This document shows, piece by piece, positions 1-13,562 of a stretch of DNA of 64,000 nt. The notes under the pieces are model-generated. The model had not been told where the DNA came from. It saw only the letters and a list, made by a program, of their open reading frames with translations, and did not search any database. Location of the stretch: assembly GCA_003344405.1 (NCBI GenBank), contig NOWV01000195.1, positions 62,001 through 126,000 of the forward strand. The letters are read 5' to 3'. This DNA comes from Trichoplax sp. H2. Its lineage: Eukaryota. Within the stretch, counting starts at the first letter, position 1; every line of letters begins with the position of its first letter. A program made the translations under genes and the position numbers.

Positions 1-922
1 AGTTTGTCAACGAGATATAAAATAAGTCTTTGAAAGTAAACAGAACTGCAGATTAGCTTCGTCTAAAATAAGTCCTTTCTATACGTGAATTACATTTATT
101 GAATCATTCCATCGAGACCATCATGGATGATTGATGTGAATAATTCCTAATTATTGCACGTACTGTACGACATATTTTAACTTTTATTCATAATTATAAT
201 AAAGAATTGATATTTATTTTCGTAATTACTATTACGCTATGACTTGACAAATATTAATAATGTCCTCTGAAAGAGCTGCTATATTGAATAATTCCTTGGC
301 TTATAAAAGACGCTATAAATGATCTCTAGTCAGAGTACGATTTTGTAGTATAATAATATAATAGTATAGATGGAAATAATAATATCCATAGTTGACCATC
401 CATAATCTCATTATTTTATCTAAAGGAATACAATGAAAGCTGTGCTTATAAAGTAGAATTTCGATGCTCTTTATCACTCTTGCATTCTAACAATATCAAC
501 AGATTTCAGACTGAATACGATTTTCCCCAATCTTTTAACGACTAAGTTAATTTAAGGCCTACTGCAATGAAAGTACATGTTGCATTTTATTACAAATAAT
601 GGACTACACTAATTGTACAAGAAGACTACTAGAAAATTGGACGTGTGCTTCCTAAATAGAGTCTTTAAGATTCATAGTTGCTGAATTCAATCCAAGGTAT
701 TCTTCCATGGTATCAAACATAACAGTCAGTCAAATCATATACTGCAGGCAATAAAAGTCAGACAATATCTTGACCTTTACTGCGCAAAGTTTGAGTACAT
801 ACTAAGTTGTTGTTTGTAACAATGCATGAAAGTACAATTAATTAATTGTCAAATACTTTTTAGTTTTTACTATTTTATAGTATAATCTATAGTAGTAAAG
901 GCTGTAGTGTACTTTTATAATT

Positions 923-1739
923 TTATTTACAGTTGTCACGCAAGTCTTTCAACTCTTGAAAAAATTTAATTTTATCCTTTGCTGTTGGAAATGAAGCTGT
1001 TCGTGGTGAAGTTGATGGCATGACATAAATGTTGCAAGTTAGTGTCTTTCCCAAGACCGTTACATTATCTGGTTGCAATCCGTAGTTGCATTTCGATCCG
1101 GAAAAGATTTCATAAATACCTACAGTATAGTGATTCAATTAATTATTGGATGGACCGAGCTAACGTAAGAACGAGGTCTCTTTAGCGGCATACTGGATAT
1201 AATTTCAAGATAAACTAACCTTTACCATTAAAACATACAATTCGGGGTTTAAATGCTATAATCTTGTTTAATAAACCATCGATTCCATCTTTAATTTCTG
1301 TTCTGGATAAGTCAGCGTAGCTAGGTGTCGTTCTGTCAACTATATTAGTAAATCCAATGCCAAATTGGAGGCAATCAGCATCATTATCGCAAGTCAGCTT
1401 TTGGTTGATTAGTCCAGATTCAGAAAGGCAGGGCCAAAAATGATTCCTAGGATTGCCATAGTGGTGTCCGTAGGCTGCGGACCAAACACCAGGATTGATA
1501 CCTACAAATAGTAGGTCTAGATTTTGTGCTAGATAATCCGGCAATTTTAGCTTTAACACATCATCCAATGGCATACCAGCTATTGTACGAGAACGCTGCG
1601 TTTTCTTCTTCGCTTTGACAATAGCCAAGTTGGTGTTACCTTTCCGAGAAGTTGACTTTCCTTCGCCATCACTACTACATTTAGTCTTTGACGGGAGAAA
1701 GTATGGACTAACAACGACACCTTGACTCTTCTTGCCCAT
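923..1739 (-). CDS. TDG: G/T mismatch-specific thymine/uracil DNA glycosylase (TDG/MUG family), 2 exons (1739-1220, 1119-923), ~238 aa
   Basis: Family motifs LPDYLAQNLDLLFVGINPG, GHHYGNPRNHFWPCL, GIGFTNIVDRTT, PRIVCFNGKG|IYEIF and YVMPSTSPR. A 100-nt GT..AG intron (1219-1120) joins the two ORF-track pieces in frame. Confidence 0.95.
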
Positions 1740-4700
1740 CCCAATCCAACGATAGAGAAGCGAAACTCCAGCCCAGTCTTTGTGCCAGTGATCTTCGCAT
1801 GAAGAAGAAATAAAGCAAATTAAACAGCCATTATCCTACAATGATGTATGGAGATTATTCTATTATAGTAGCGTAAAGGAAAACGTTCGATAAGCTACCT
1901 CAATACAAGATTAATTCAAAGAAACTAGTTCACACTTTAGCCAGCCATTTTGAATCCCGGATTCAACAAGCAAAACGCCTGCATGGCTGTACTGTACCTA
2001 CAGTACTTTACCGTACAGTATCATGGACCACAGGTGACTGTACCCTTTACAGTGGATAGTTCTGTACCGTACTGTGCATCAGGCCATGTCCGGCTGTCTG
2101 TATAACAAAAGAGGTAGAGAGAAAAATCTCTATAAAATATGTCGTTATCATCGTTATGTCTGTTTGCCTGCAAAGATGTCATAAAAATACTACCGTACGG
2201 GATATATTCTAATATTTATATAATTAATGGTGGTCAAGTAGTATGATGACTAATTGTACAGAAAGCTTATAGTATAAGTATGCTTATATTCTTGTTGAGG
2301 CAGAGCTTGTAGAATGTTTTAAAAAAGTACTTTTTACTCTACTGGTAGTTCTTGGTAAAAGGAGTGGGATAACCAACGACTCTTTGTTTGTTGCTAAAAC
2401 TGATCAAACTTGACTATTTTTCTTTTTTATACAGGTCTTTTTACTCTGCTAGAAGACTGGAATTATGCAGCTACATACTGATATATTAATACCTATTAAG
2501 CCATTAATGTATTAGTATTGTGTATTTGTAATAACTGCTAATATAGGATTTTTATAAAAGGAAAGACTACTAATACACAAAATCATAAACCCAAACTTGA
2601 TTGCAAAATCAGCCAATTTACTATAATCTTACATTTACACAAATAGCAATGATAAGTATACAGATAATATTACAAAAATTGTATAATTATCTATAAAGAA
2701 ATATGCAAAAATTTAGAGGTAAATAATTTAAATTATAATATTTACGGTGGTATACGTATATCACTACTGCAACGCTTGCTGTATCATCTACTGATATCAC
2801 ATATTTCACACTACGGCAAAGACATATCGCTTTGATGATTACTTTGGTGTAGATAGTTTCTCATTGCTCTTAACAATTAAAATCATATAAAGTCAAGAAT
2901 GGATATCAGTAAGTAACGAAATTGCCAATTATAGGATTCAAGTTGTTAATAATTATTTCATTTTTTTCCACTGCTTGCCCTATCATTAAACCAATCTGCA
3001 ACCCTGTCTCATTTGAGATACAGGCAATCTATGTTGAAATCCTGTCAATAAATTTATATTTATTAAGCAGCCTGTATTCTGTTACTTCGGTGCTATACAT
3101 TACTACCCCTTATAATCATCCATTTTGCTGGTATGGATACTTGATTGGCTGATAGCGCTCATTAATAGATGAGGTATGCTAGATGTATACTACAATTTAT
3201 GCACTAAGATCAATTTTGATGGCAAATCCAGTTCTATTTTTTGCTACATTTGTTGCAATGGAATCAGTTTGCTATCTTGTTATTCAGGATAGTTTCAGAA
3301 TTATTATCGCAATATGATTACAAAATTGCAGCTTCAACCAAAAAAATTTGCCATACGTACTGATCTAACCACTAAGACAAAACAGCATATCAATATAAAA
3401 CAACAAGGACTATTTTCATATTATTTTACGAAAGCATGATAGCAGATCATGCTATAATACCCTTTCTTAAGCGAAATAGCTTTGATACCTATTTCGTAGT
3501 AATAAACATTTTAGCACTTCGCTTAGAATTGTAATTAGCTAACGCGAACATGTTTCATATTTAAGAATAAATATTAAACTAGAGATCTAACCAAATATAT
3601 TGTAAAGACTTACAGGTACGGTGTAGGTTATAAGGAAATAAGATATCGTTATGGGATTGATTTATTCCAAAAAGAAGGTCAGTCAGTAAGGTGAAATGAA
3701 GAAGAAACATAAGCATCAGCAACGATTTTTTCTAAATAAATAACTTAGACTTTAAATTTATTAAAATTTGCAGCTTCAAGTTCGAGTGAGCTATTTCCAT
3801 TTTTGTTTGCGGCAATGACGTAATAGAAATAATATCGAAGAACTAATGATCTCTTTTCTTCACATTTCTTTAATGCCTCAACCATTCTATAATAGGAAAT
3901 AATCGTGGATATTAAATTATCTTTTCTCATTTAATGATAAAAATTAGGTCGTATATTCTTCTAGCCGATCAGCTTAAATACACTATCATGCGTAGTAACA
4001 TTAGCTATTTCGATTAAAGTGGTATAGCGTATAAGAACAGCATAAAAATAGAAAATTTTTGATATTTCCGAATTCTTATTATGATATCGGTTTTGATATC
4101 CTTTAAATATAAAACTATTTGTCCGGTCTATTGCTGTATGATACAGTTTGTGTAGCTACTACGTGCTTACCATTTAAAATTATCTTACGTTGGTTTCAGA
4201 TTTACAGGCGATATAATACACTGGAAAAGTAAACTCAGTCGTAGTCGCTTAAAATAAAATTTAATTTATTACTGAAGTATTTAAATTGTTTTATCTCTTA
4301 TCTACGTCTAGTTTCTGTTAGAGGATTTAGCTGTACTTCATGAAGATCTTTTTAACGCTTCCTATGCTTCCTAGGAATTCAACACAATTATCTAGTTCTA
4401 ATAGAATTTCAATGTAAATTGACTCATTTCTGATTTGTTAACAAAAAAATTCGTTTGTGGTATTAAATTAGCACCTATATTTGGCGCTATTGCAACAATA
4501 AATGTTAGTATAGCTTATAACTTGATGATGTTAATGTAGTACGTACCATCAATAATATTTACCTCCCAACTTCATCATAAGGCAGGGGAACACTTTTATA
4601 ACAATTTTCGTTATAATATAACCATCTTCCATATAATGTTCTATCCATTGCAATATCGAAAAACTGTATTGAAAATTATTTACCGCAAAACATTTCAATT

Positions 4701-6217
4701 AATACTTATAAGTCTCAACAATAAATTTATAATAAATTAGAATATGATAAGCGGCATTATATCTGTAAGTTGTGTTTCAGATTTTTTTATGGACGATAGA
4801 AGGAAAAACACGGTAAGAAAATTTAGCTTGTATTTAGAAAACAGTCAGATATAGCTTAAATTGATTGAGCCGCTTATTTTTAGCTTACCAAACGATTTCA
4901 TTTATTTATTTTTAGTAAATTCGTAGTAAAAAAAAGGTTGGTGTTAGCCTCCAGCTATAGTTTGAATGTACTGATGTCTTTCGTTTGCTAGATATTGGTC
5001 GAGATTTTGACGTAGATCCTTTAGATGTAGCATACTTAGTCTGCCGTTCGGTTATAACCTGCGGTAGCTGGATTAAACAGTTATCATAAACGAAGCTGAG
5101 AATAATTGAGGTGGTATAAGTTGACTGAGAATAGCACAATTATAGGTTTAGACAAGCAGAGTGACGAATCTATGAAAACTAGATCAATGAGATCTTTCTT
5201 TAGTAGTTCTTGATGAGACTGTAAGTGATACAAATCTCTGAATGTAGATATTAATCAAAGGAAAATAATCAAATAACGTCCTCTTTATCCTACTAAATAC
5301 TGCATACTTAGAGTGTATTGGCACAATAAACTTTATATTCCGCTATTACGTAAACTGCAAGACATGAGCTTTCTATTAAAAGCACCCAACAAGAGGGTTA
5401 TGTTAAGGGACATAAATATGTATTAGCCAACTTTATTATGGTACCGCCTGTATACTGTATTTGAGCACAACCGTTTCTTCTATACCTTTATGTCACAACC
5501 AAGTTTGCAATACAAAGATTGGCGGGATTCTTTCCTCTAAAGTAGTCTTAACCATCCAAGCAACTAACTCTAAGGCAAGCTCAGTGATTTTAACTAACTA
5601 TAGGTTTTAATTTCATTAGTATTGGTTAAAATTAGCACTAGTTTGACAATTTTTATCCTAGCCTTAGTTGAAAGGATTGATTCATCAAGATTGTAGCATT
5701 AAGTAGCTGTAGCTCTTTATAATTTCATTAAGTATGGATCCCTAACCACTAATTTCTGATCTTCAATCTCCCTTAATTGTTTTTATTTCAAAGTTTTTGG
5801 TTTTTACGACTTTAAAGTTGGCTATCATTGCTTGTATTGTAATCAAGATGTTATTAAATTCATCATTGGTAATTTAGTAATCACAGTACCATTGGATACC
5901 TGATACAACATTTGGGTTAATAAAGAACAACTGATGAAAAGTTAATTTAGCTATTTAATTTTCATAACAATTAGTCTTTCACGATTATTTAGCCAATCAC
6001 CAGTCGTCTTTTATTATATTGACCCCATACATTATTTAAGTTGTTTCGTAATTGTTATTCTACTCTAAGAGATAGTACTATAGTTATTAAAAGCTGTTTA
6101 TTAACAAGTCAATCTTATAATTGACAGCTCCATTTTTCCTGATTACTTCGGAACTTTCATAATCCATTTGGACATTAATTTACTGAAATACTTATTGGAA
6201 CAGGAATAGAAATCAAA

Positions 6218-9200
6218 ATGAAGTATATTACTGCTGCTTGTATCCTGCAATCTATACTTTGTACCCTAGGTAAAATGTATGCGAACTCATAGATAACACA
6301 GAGTAATTCTATTTCAAAAGTCGATCTAAAAGAATTGACGATAACATCTTTAATAGTTTAAGACATTGTTATTTTACTAGGAAGCCGCCATGCAGTGTTG
6401 CTCTACAGCCACATTTCTAAGCAGATTCTAAATTTTAAATCATTGCCATAGCTCTTAGTAAGAGATATTAAATAGCAACATAAGCTTACATAGGCAGTTT
6501 ACTAAATCGATGATTTTGTAGTATGGCGCGCTTAATAGAAAACTTTAGAGAACTGAACGGTACCATACCTGTTGCTTTTAGTGAAGATCAAGAAAGAACA
6601 CGAAGACACACAGATCATTGCATTTAATAACATCGTAAATCTAGCCGCACAATCTTTAGTATAATTTATGTATTCATTAAATACTAACAGGCCTTTTATT
6701 GCCACCGGTTTTCAGTAATATAAAGCCAAGTTTTTAGAATAATTTTTTGATATCTAATCTATTTGATAGTTTTTTATCAAAAATCCAATTGTTATGATCG
6801 ATCTAAAATATATAATGATAATAATATATTAATCTATCCCTTGGAATCCTCATGACTTGATCAGCTACTATAATATTCTTATTTTTAAAGTTGTTAACAC
6901 TACTTCAGTTGATCTAAGTTACCTTAAATTTATAAAATTAAATCCCAGTCTATTTCTCTCTATAACAGTTTATACTCAGTGCCCGACTCCTTGCAAATGT
7001 CCTGATTCCAAAACAATCGACTGTTCATCCACTAACAGTATACCGCGCCCACCTACGAAGCTTACTCAGTATACTAATTTGTAAGTTATTTTATGTTCAA
7101 ATTATTAACTGGAAAACGATCTCCATTCGATACTATTATTGATAGTATTCCGACTAAAAATTAATCGTACTGTCACAAAACAGCTTTGCAACAAGATAAC
7201 GTAATATACGATCAATAAGTCAATTCCTTGAACCACGTATCAAGGAACGATATCTGCACTATCACGAACACTCTTGCTCTACTAGCAGACTACACAGAGA
7301 CTTAAACGCCTCGTATTTTACGTTAAACACTAAGTTGGAGAATTCACTTTATTTCACGATGTACTGCATTTATATACTACTCCTCAATAGTTCATGAGTC
7401 ATAGTTAATACAATTAACCTCGGAATCATTTACTGAATTAGATATTAATTTTAGCTGCTGCTCTCTTAATGCAGACAACAGTTTTTACGAATATAGACAT
7501 GTAATGACTAATACAGAATAGTCAGATTACGATATGTCCTATCACGGAACATTTCCATGATAATTTACAGTCTACCATAAGTAAATTACAATCACAATGA
7601 TTCGAACTGTAAGTAGATGATTTGCATTCCCTATTATAACTATTAATTTCAGTATGTGTATAAGTGTCACTGTCATAAAAAGTCAGTGCTATATTAAAAC
7701 ACAGTATATCCAAATTAGAAGTTAACTAAATAAGGATAGTCTAATAGAATTATCCTAACATAGTTATTTCTACTGTAATACAGTATTCAACACTGTAACA
7801 CATACTATGTAAGTTCAATTTTGATACAAAATCTTGATAGATATACAGTACAAAGATCACAGTATAGTCATTGAAGATGACAGTAGAGAATATTTATAAC
7901 TCTTTTACTCGGATTTACTGTTGTCGATAAACGTAACTTATTTAATCGAGAAAAATCAATGAAAATAGTTTTATAAGCACTATTTATATCTGGACTATTT
8001 TTAAGCAATCTTTTAAATTTTATGAAGAAATTTCTGATTAAAATATATTCGTTCTTTGCCAAGATTGTTTTTGCTATGAAACCTCTTAATAATAATAACT
8101 TAAATTCGAGGTCGTTTATTTATATCATACCAACTTTGGATTGGAAAGTCATCATTCGTTGTAATTTAATTCTATTGACGATATATATTGCAAAATGTAG
8201 CCTTTCAATAAATTAATTGCCGCTAAACTGGATTTAATCGGTTTACTTTGATAGCATAATGAGAGGGACTCAATTATCCAATATTCCTTATAATGCTTTT
8301 GAAAACTATCCTTCTTTACTCCATATGTAAGACATCCGTTCACTATTTAATCAGATAAAGTATTAATATAATTAAATTTCAAATTATTGTATTTATGATA
8401 GTTTAAATAATCATTAATAATTAATCGAACGAATGCGATAATAATATTTTAATCAGCCAATCTAATTTCAATTTGGGATTACTCTTATGCCTTAAAGTTA
8501 TAGTTGGTATAATCTAATATTCAATAAATTGATATAAAAGTAGATTAGCTTAACACCTTCTGTAAATAAAGGCATCATCGTAAGTGTGCAGATTCTTTCT
8601 AGCAAAGTTTTAACATCAAAACAATATAATCAAAAATTATAGAGATATGAAGCAAAATCAAATCAGAAGTGTATCCTCTCAAGCCTTTGATAAAATCCTC
8701 TTTCTATCTTCGCTGTAACTATTTTACAATTAATTCATGTAAAGTGGTTTGATGAATTTGACTCTAGAGTACTTAATATGCCGATATAAGATTCTTAAAA
8801 TGCCAACAATAACATTAGATTATATAGTCTTACAGTACTAAATCCATATACTAACGCTATGACGATTTATGACTGTTTTTTTGATATTATTCTTAAGTGA
8901 TCTGTCTAATAACAAGTTAACAGCCATGCCCGGTAATTTGTTTGTCAGAATAAGTACATTAGCAGAACTGTAAGTACTTTGAACTAAAATATCGATCAAT
9001 TNNNNNNNNNNNNNNNNNNNNCGGATTGTAGCTGCGAATGCTACGAAAAGTATAATAGCATGCAACTTTAGATTATTCTGTTAGTTCGTTCTAGAAGTCT
9101 TTAGAAGTAGTATTCGGCTAGAGTAGAGCTGTGTAGTTAATCTTTGTATAAGATTGAATAAAGCCCTTATTTTTCTAAAATTTGGAATTTCGTGATTGGT

Positions 9201-12200
9201 ATATATCACAATAATATAGTTTTACAGTATTAAATCCATATACTAACGCTATGACGATTTATGACTGTTTTTTTTATATTATTCTTAAGTGATCTGTCTA
9301 ATAACAAGTTAACAGCCATACCCGGTAATTTGTTTGTCAGAATAAGTACATTAGCAGAGCTGTAAGTACTTTGAACTAAAATATCGATCAATTTCGTTGT
9401 TTATTTTTATTACAGTTAGACATTTTACGAAACTTGCTATGATTTGTATATTGTATAAGGGTAAGCTGCAAGTCATAACTGTGCAATTAACAATTCTTTA
9501 GATTCTTGAGCAATAACAACATTCAAACTATCGATAGTAACGCTTTTAAGAGTTTAGATTCCTTAAAAATACTGTAAGTAAGCTGTAGCTTTCCTTCACT
9601 ACATTAACTTAAGAAAATGAAAAACTGATTGAATTTGCATATCTTTCTTCAGAAAGCTTGATAATAACGCCATCACTAAAATCCCATACAATACCTTGAA
9701 GAATCTAAAGCAGATCTCAACATTGTAAGTAGATATTTCGAGAATAGTTTTTGTTAGCAATGATACTTCAACTTTATAAATCTCCACAACAAATTATATT
9801 GTGTCCCAATGCAATTATAATTATAAATTTATTTTAAGAACTGGACGAAATAAATTTTTTCTAAACCATAATATCTGTTATTATTGAAAAAATGTGCATA
9901 TAGGAATTTGAAAAACAACTCTTTTTCTAAAATTGAAAGCAACAACTTCAATTTACCAACATTAAGTATATTGTATGTGATAAATTGTATATTTGGAGAA
10001 TTCTTCAATGGAAAATTTTATTTGCAAAACTATCAGTCAACTTTGTGAAAATAGATTTGAAAATTTTGTACCTACTGATTAATTAGATGAAAATGAAAGC
10101 TGATATAGGAACTACTTCATTTGCAGGTATCTTAATTTTAATAAAATTAATCAAATTCCGGACAGCGCATTTACTGGAGCTATTAATTTAAAAATCCTGT
10201 AAGAATAATCTATATCAATTTTATTTGACCGATGCATTCGTAATTATCGTATAAACTTAATTTATACGCTTAATAAAGTATAGGTGCTGTATTTATTCCT
10301 AATAATTTCGATTGTTACAAAAGCCTGAAAAAGATTTTCTATAAGCAACGTAAAATTTAAATCGCTCAAACAATGTATTTAATAATAATTACTATTGATC
10401 TTTACGTCTCTTACGAAGGGATTTACAGTCAAATCGTATTGCAGCCATTAGCAAGAATTTATTGCAGCCTGCTAACTTATTAAAATTGATGTAAGTCAAA
10501 CTGGATGTGTTAGGTAGTAATCTGCAGATATAAATGGCGTGTACTGTTACCATGTACTATATATTTGGGGCTGATAAGGATACGGAATTAACTCTAAGAA
10601 TTGACATAGGGCTTATCATACCATCCCTGATACTTTAACAATTTGCAATAGCGTACGATACGCAGTGACAATATAAATTAAATTTGAACTTTTTCAGCTC
10701 GCTAAACAGAAATCGTATCACTAGCATTGAAGATGGCTCTTTTAATTCCAATCTTATGCTGGAACACATGTTAGTATCTTCAGGTTTCTTCTAATAGAAA
10801 TAGAATTTTTATTTACTATATACCTTATGAAACTGTGCATATTAAAGTATGCCATTCTTGCTCTAATGGATATCTTCTATTGCTTTAATGCCATAATACA
10901 ACTTAATTTGGTCACTATAGTGATTTAAATGGGAATATGTTGACCAAAATCTCCAAGAAAACTTTTGGATCTTTATCGAAGCTTGTAGAGCTGTAAGAAT
11001 ATAACTAACAGCTTTAAATAGTTACCGTATATTGGCTAAAAGAATTCAAATAATATTAAACCCTAACCATTCAACTATTTTTAATTTGAGCATATTGCTA
11101 TATCAAATTAAACGAATCAACAGTATACTCGTATCGATACCGGTAGTCACTTATCAATCAGTCAGGAAATCATAAGCCACTTAGCTAGAAATTAAATAGA
11201 TTTTGACTATCATTTCCAAATCATAAGTTACCTAGAAAAGAATCAAATCCATTCCATCGCCGATAACGCATTTCAGTCATTGACTGCATTGCAAACACTG
11301 TAAGTTTTTTTATTTGTTTTCAGTAGCATACACGATATCTCAAGAGGCGCTGTGTTGCCGTTAAGTCACTTTCGTCTACACTCAAAGATTGCTTCAGTAG
11401 TTACCGAAATTCTTTTCAATTTTTGCAATGATTATACTCATAGCCCAAATAATCGCATGTTCCTTTTAGCGACTTGGGGTATAATGCAATTAGCAGCATC
11501 TCAGCCAAAACATTCGCCAATTTGAAGCAACTACATGTTCTGTAAGTAGGTTTCATTGTCTATGCTTTCGCTAGTTTGAGATCATTTTACAGCGGCTAAT
11601 AATTGATTTGACGTCATTTTATTGCATAAAAGAAATGTTGCTAGATTTAAAAGTATTCTCTTTCAGAATGTTGACCTCAAATTGCGTTACAAGTATCACT
11701 GACAGCGCCTTTAAAGATTTAATGAGCCTGAAGACCTTGTAATAGTTTTAAAATTGCAGCATACTTTATTAGAATAATTGTGTCACATTTGATTTTAAAA
11801 CTCTCATATACATTAAATTTTATCCCATTATGTGTTAGCATTTTCCTCCTTATATCTCAGTTTATGATGTAAATTAAATCTGATAGGCTGCTGTCTTCTA
11901 ATCGCCTTACTGTTATTAAGGACAATACACTTAAAGGCTTGAATAATCTCGTCTTCATGTAAGGTTTACTTTTTCATTACCGAAACTATAAAATTACCTA
12001 ATGTCTAAAATAATTCCAAGTAACTACGCGAACTTAATTTTAGTACAGCTAACTGATCAATTTGTGTAATGGTTTTATTTAGAAATCTATTTAATAACTA
12101 TTTAGCCTGTACTTCATCTAAGGCGTTTACCAGTGCTACTAAGCTGCAAACTCTGTAAGCTTCATTTATAACGAGAAAAAATGATTTAGTACAATTGTAA

Positions 12201-12717
12201 AAGTAATGATTCGGTAAATTATTTAACATGCAGACATAGCAACTTTTCTAAAGCCTGCTGTGGCATTCCAGCATCCGTTACTTGCATGCCACGCGTGCCT
12301 GCCAATTGTGCGGGAAATTCTGGGACTACATGTTTAAATGTTATGGCAACTCCACCGCCAGCATCTGGAATGTGCAGTAGGAGGTAATATAAAATTTAAA
12401 ATAGCTTCCATAACTTAATTAATTAATAAACTTCATACTTTAAGTCTGCTAACGTCATAACTATAAACTTCAAGTGCGGCGTAAATGGCAGTCAGTAATA
12501 TCATATCAGAAGGCACACTTAGAACATTCGACATCATAATCTTCCAATTTAATGTAACATAAGTTTCATTAACGTTTCATTTTTAATTCAATCATATCAA
12601 AGCATACCTCCAACTGGTACAACCAACAACGCCGTAAGGACGGAAAATAAAGCAAATCAAATCATGATCTTTGCTATTTCAATTGCTATAACTCTATTAT
12701 CTACAATGCCTGCATAA
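6218..12717 (+). CDS. LRR cell-surface protein paralog 1 (SP-LRRNT-12 LRR-6Cys cap-stalk-GPI-type tail), ~429 aa
   Basis: Exons 6218-6269 (MKYITAACILQSILCTL), 6969-7080 (QCPTPCKCPDSKTIDC). LRR exons start at 8255, 9502, 9904 (69 nt), 10127, 10419, 10698, 10921, 11228, 11470, 11667, 11887, 12083 (all others 72 nt, e.g. YLEKNQIHSIADNAFQSLTALQTL). Cap 12234-12383 (HSNFSKACCGIPASVTCMP...). Last exon 12603-12717 (..TTNNAVRTENKANQIMIFAISIAITLLSTMPA*). All introns GT-AG, total 1290 nt. Confidence 0.9.
7171..7800. mobile_element. Probable old solo LTR in intron 2 of paralog 1
   Basis: TGTCAC...GTAACA termini, 630 bp, flanked by CGTAC / CATAC (5-bp TSD with one CpG-type transition). Confidence 0.45.
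8819..9392. repeat. Allelic duplication around gap 9002-9021 (8819-9001 vs 9211-9392)
   Basis: Same sequence on both sides of the 20-N gap with a handful of SNPs; assembly haplotype artefact. Confidence 0.85.
9022..9210 (+). mobile_element. LTR-like element, family B, 3' end (intron of paralog 1; one allele only)
   Basis: Ends ..ATATCACA with AATAAA ~50 nt upstream. It is followed by a repeat of flank 8819-9001, which lacks it. Homologous to the reverse complement of ~20329-20520 (shared CAGCTCTACTCTAGCCGAATAC and AAGACTTCTAGAA). Confidence 0.65.
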
Positions 12718-13562
12718 CCTGGTAAAATATGTTTGCAATTCATTCATTTATAACGAAATGATAATTGACTACACCTTTAAACCTTTCATAAGTTTATATA
12801 ATACTCTATGTATGTATACCAATGGAAATTACGGAGAAAACTTAACTCTGCCGAACAGAAAGTTTAAACTCAAAGCGAACCAATTCCGTTCAAAGTTTCT
12901 CCTAACTAAATTAACTCTTCTCTTCCTTATAATATGACAGACTCTTTATTGACCGTATCACGTATTTTAATAAGCTCCTTAAAATTCAGGGCTTTATGGC
13001 TGCATTGATTATTAGTAGAACAGCATAATTATTACAATTAGCTGTTCAAATATGCATCATCATGTAGATACCTCTTCTAAATCACTATCCAATGACCTTA
13101 AGTGCAATAGTAGCTCCTAAAAGAATTACGAAATGCGCAATTTACTGTTAAATTAGAACTAAATTTTCAATTATAACTAAATTCTAACTAGGTAAAATAT
13201 TTTCAATGTAATGGTACTTTTCATAATTTTCATTAATAAATAGCTTTTTAATAACAATTAAATAATAAGCTTTAGCAGCTGACGAATTACGTCAAATATT
13301 TGAATCATAACGTCGGAGCATAAAACGAACGGTAAAAAATAATACAATTTGTAATTACCTAAAATTAGAATACATCTGCAGTGGCTTCGACAAATGATAT
13401 TGCATAATATGAAGAGTTATACATTAGCTGCAAGACAGTGCAGACGCAATCTAATTTTATGCTACGATATTACGTCATCTTATTTGTGTTTGAAGCTATA
13501 AATTGAGAATATTAACTCACTAGGATATTATATATTGCAACTAAAAAAGTCTTAACAAGGCA

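Noticed and set aside
2400..3250. Possible spliced plus-strand gene divergent from TDG (several AG/GT-like sites; ORF 2922-3152)
   Set aside because: Stops in all frames tried and no recognisable protein.
7400..7460. LRR-like peptide LIQLTSESFTEL in intron 2 of paralog 1
   Set aside because: No in-frame 72-nt AG..GT frame; lies inside a probable solo LTR.
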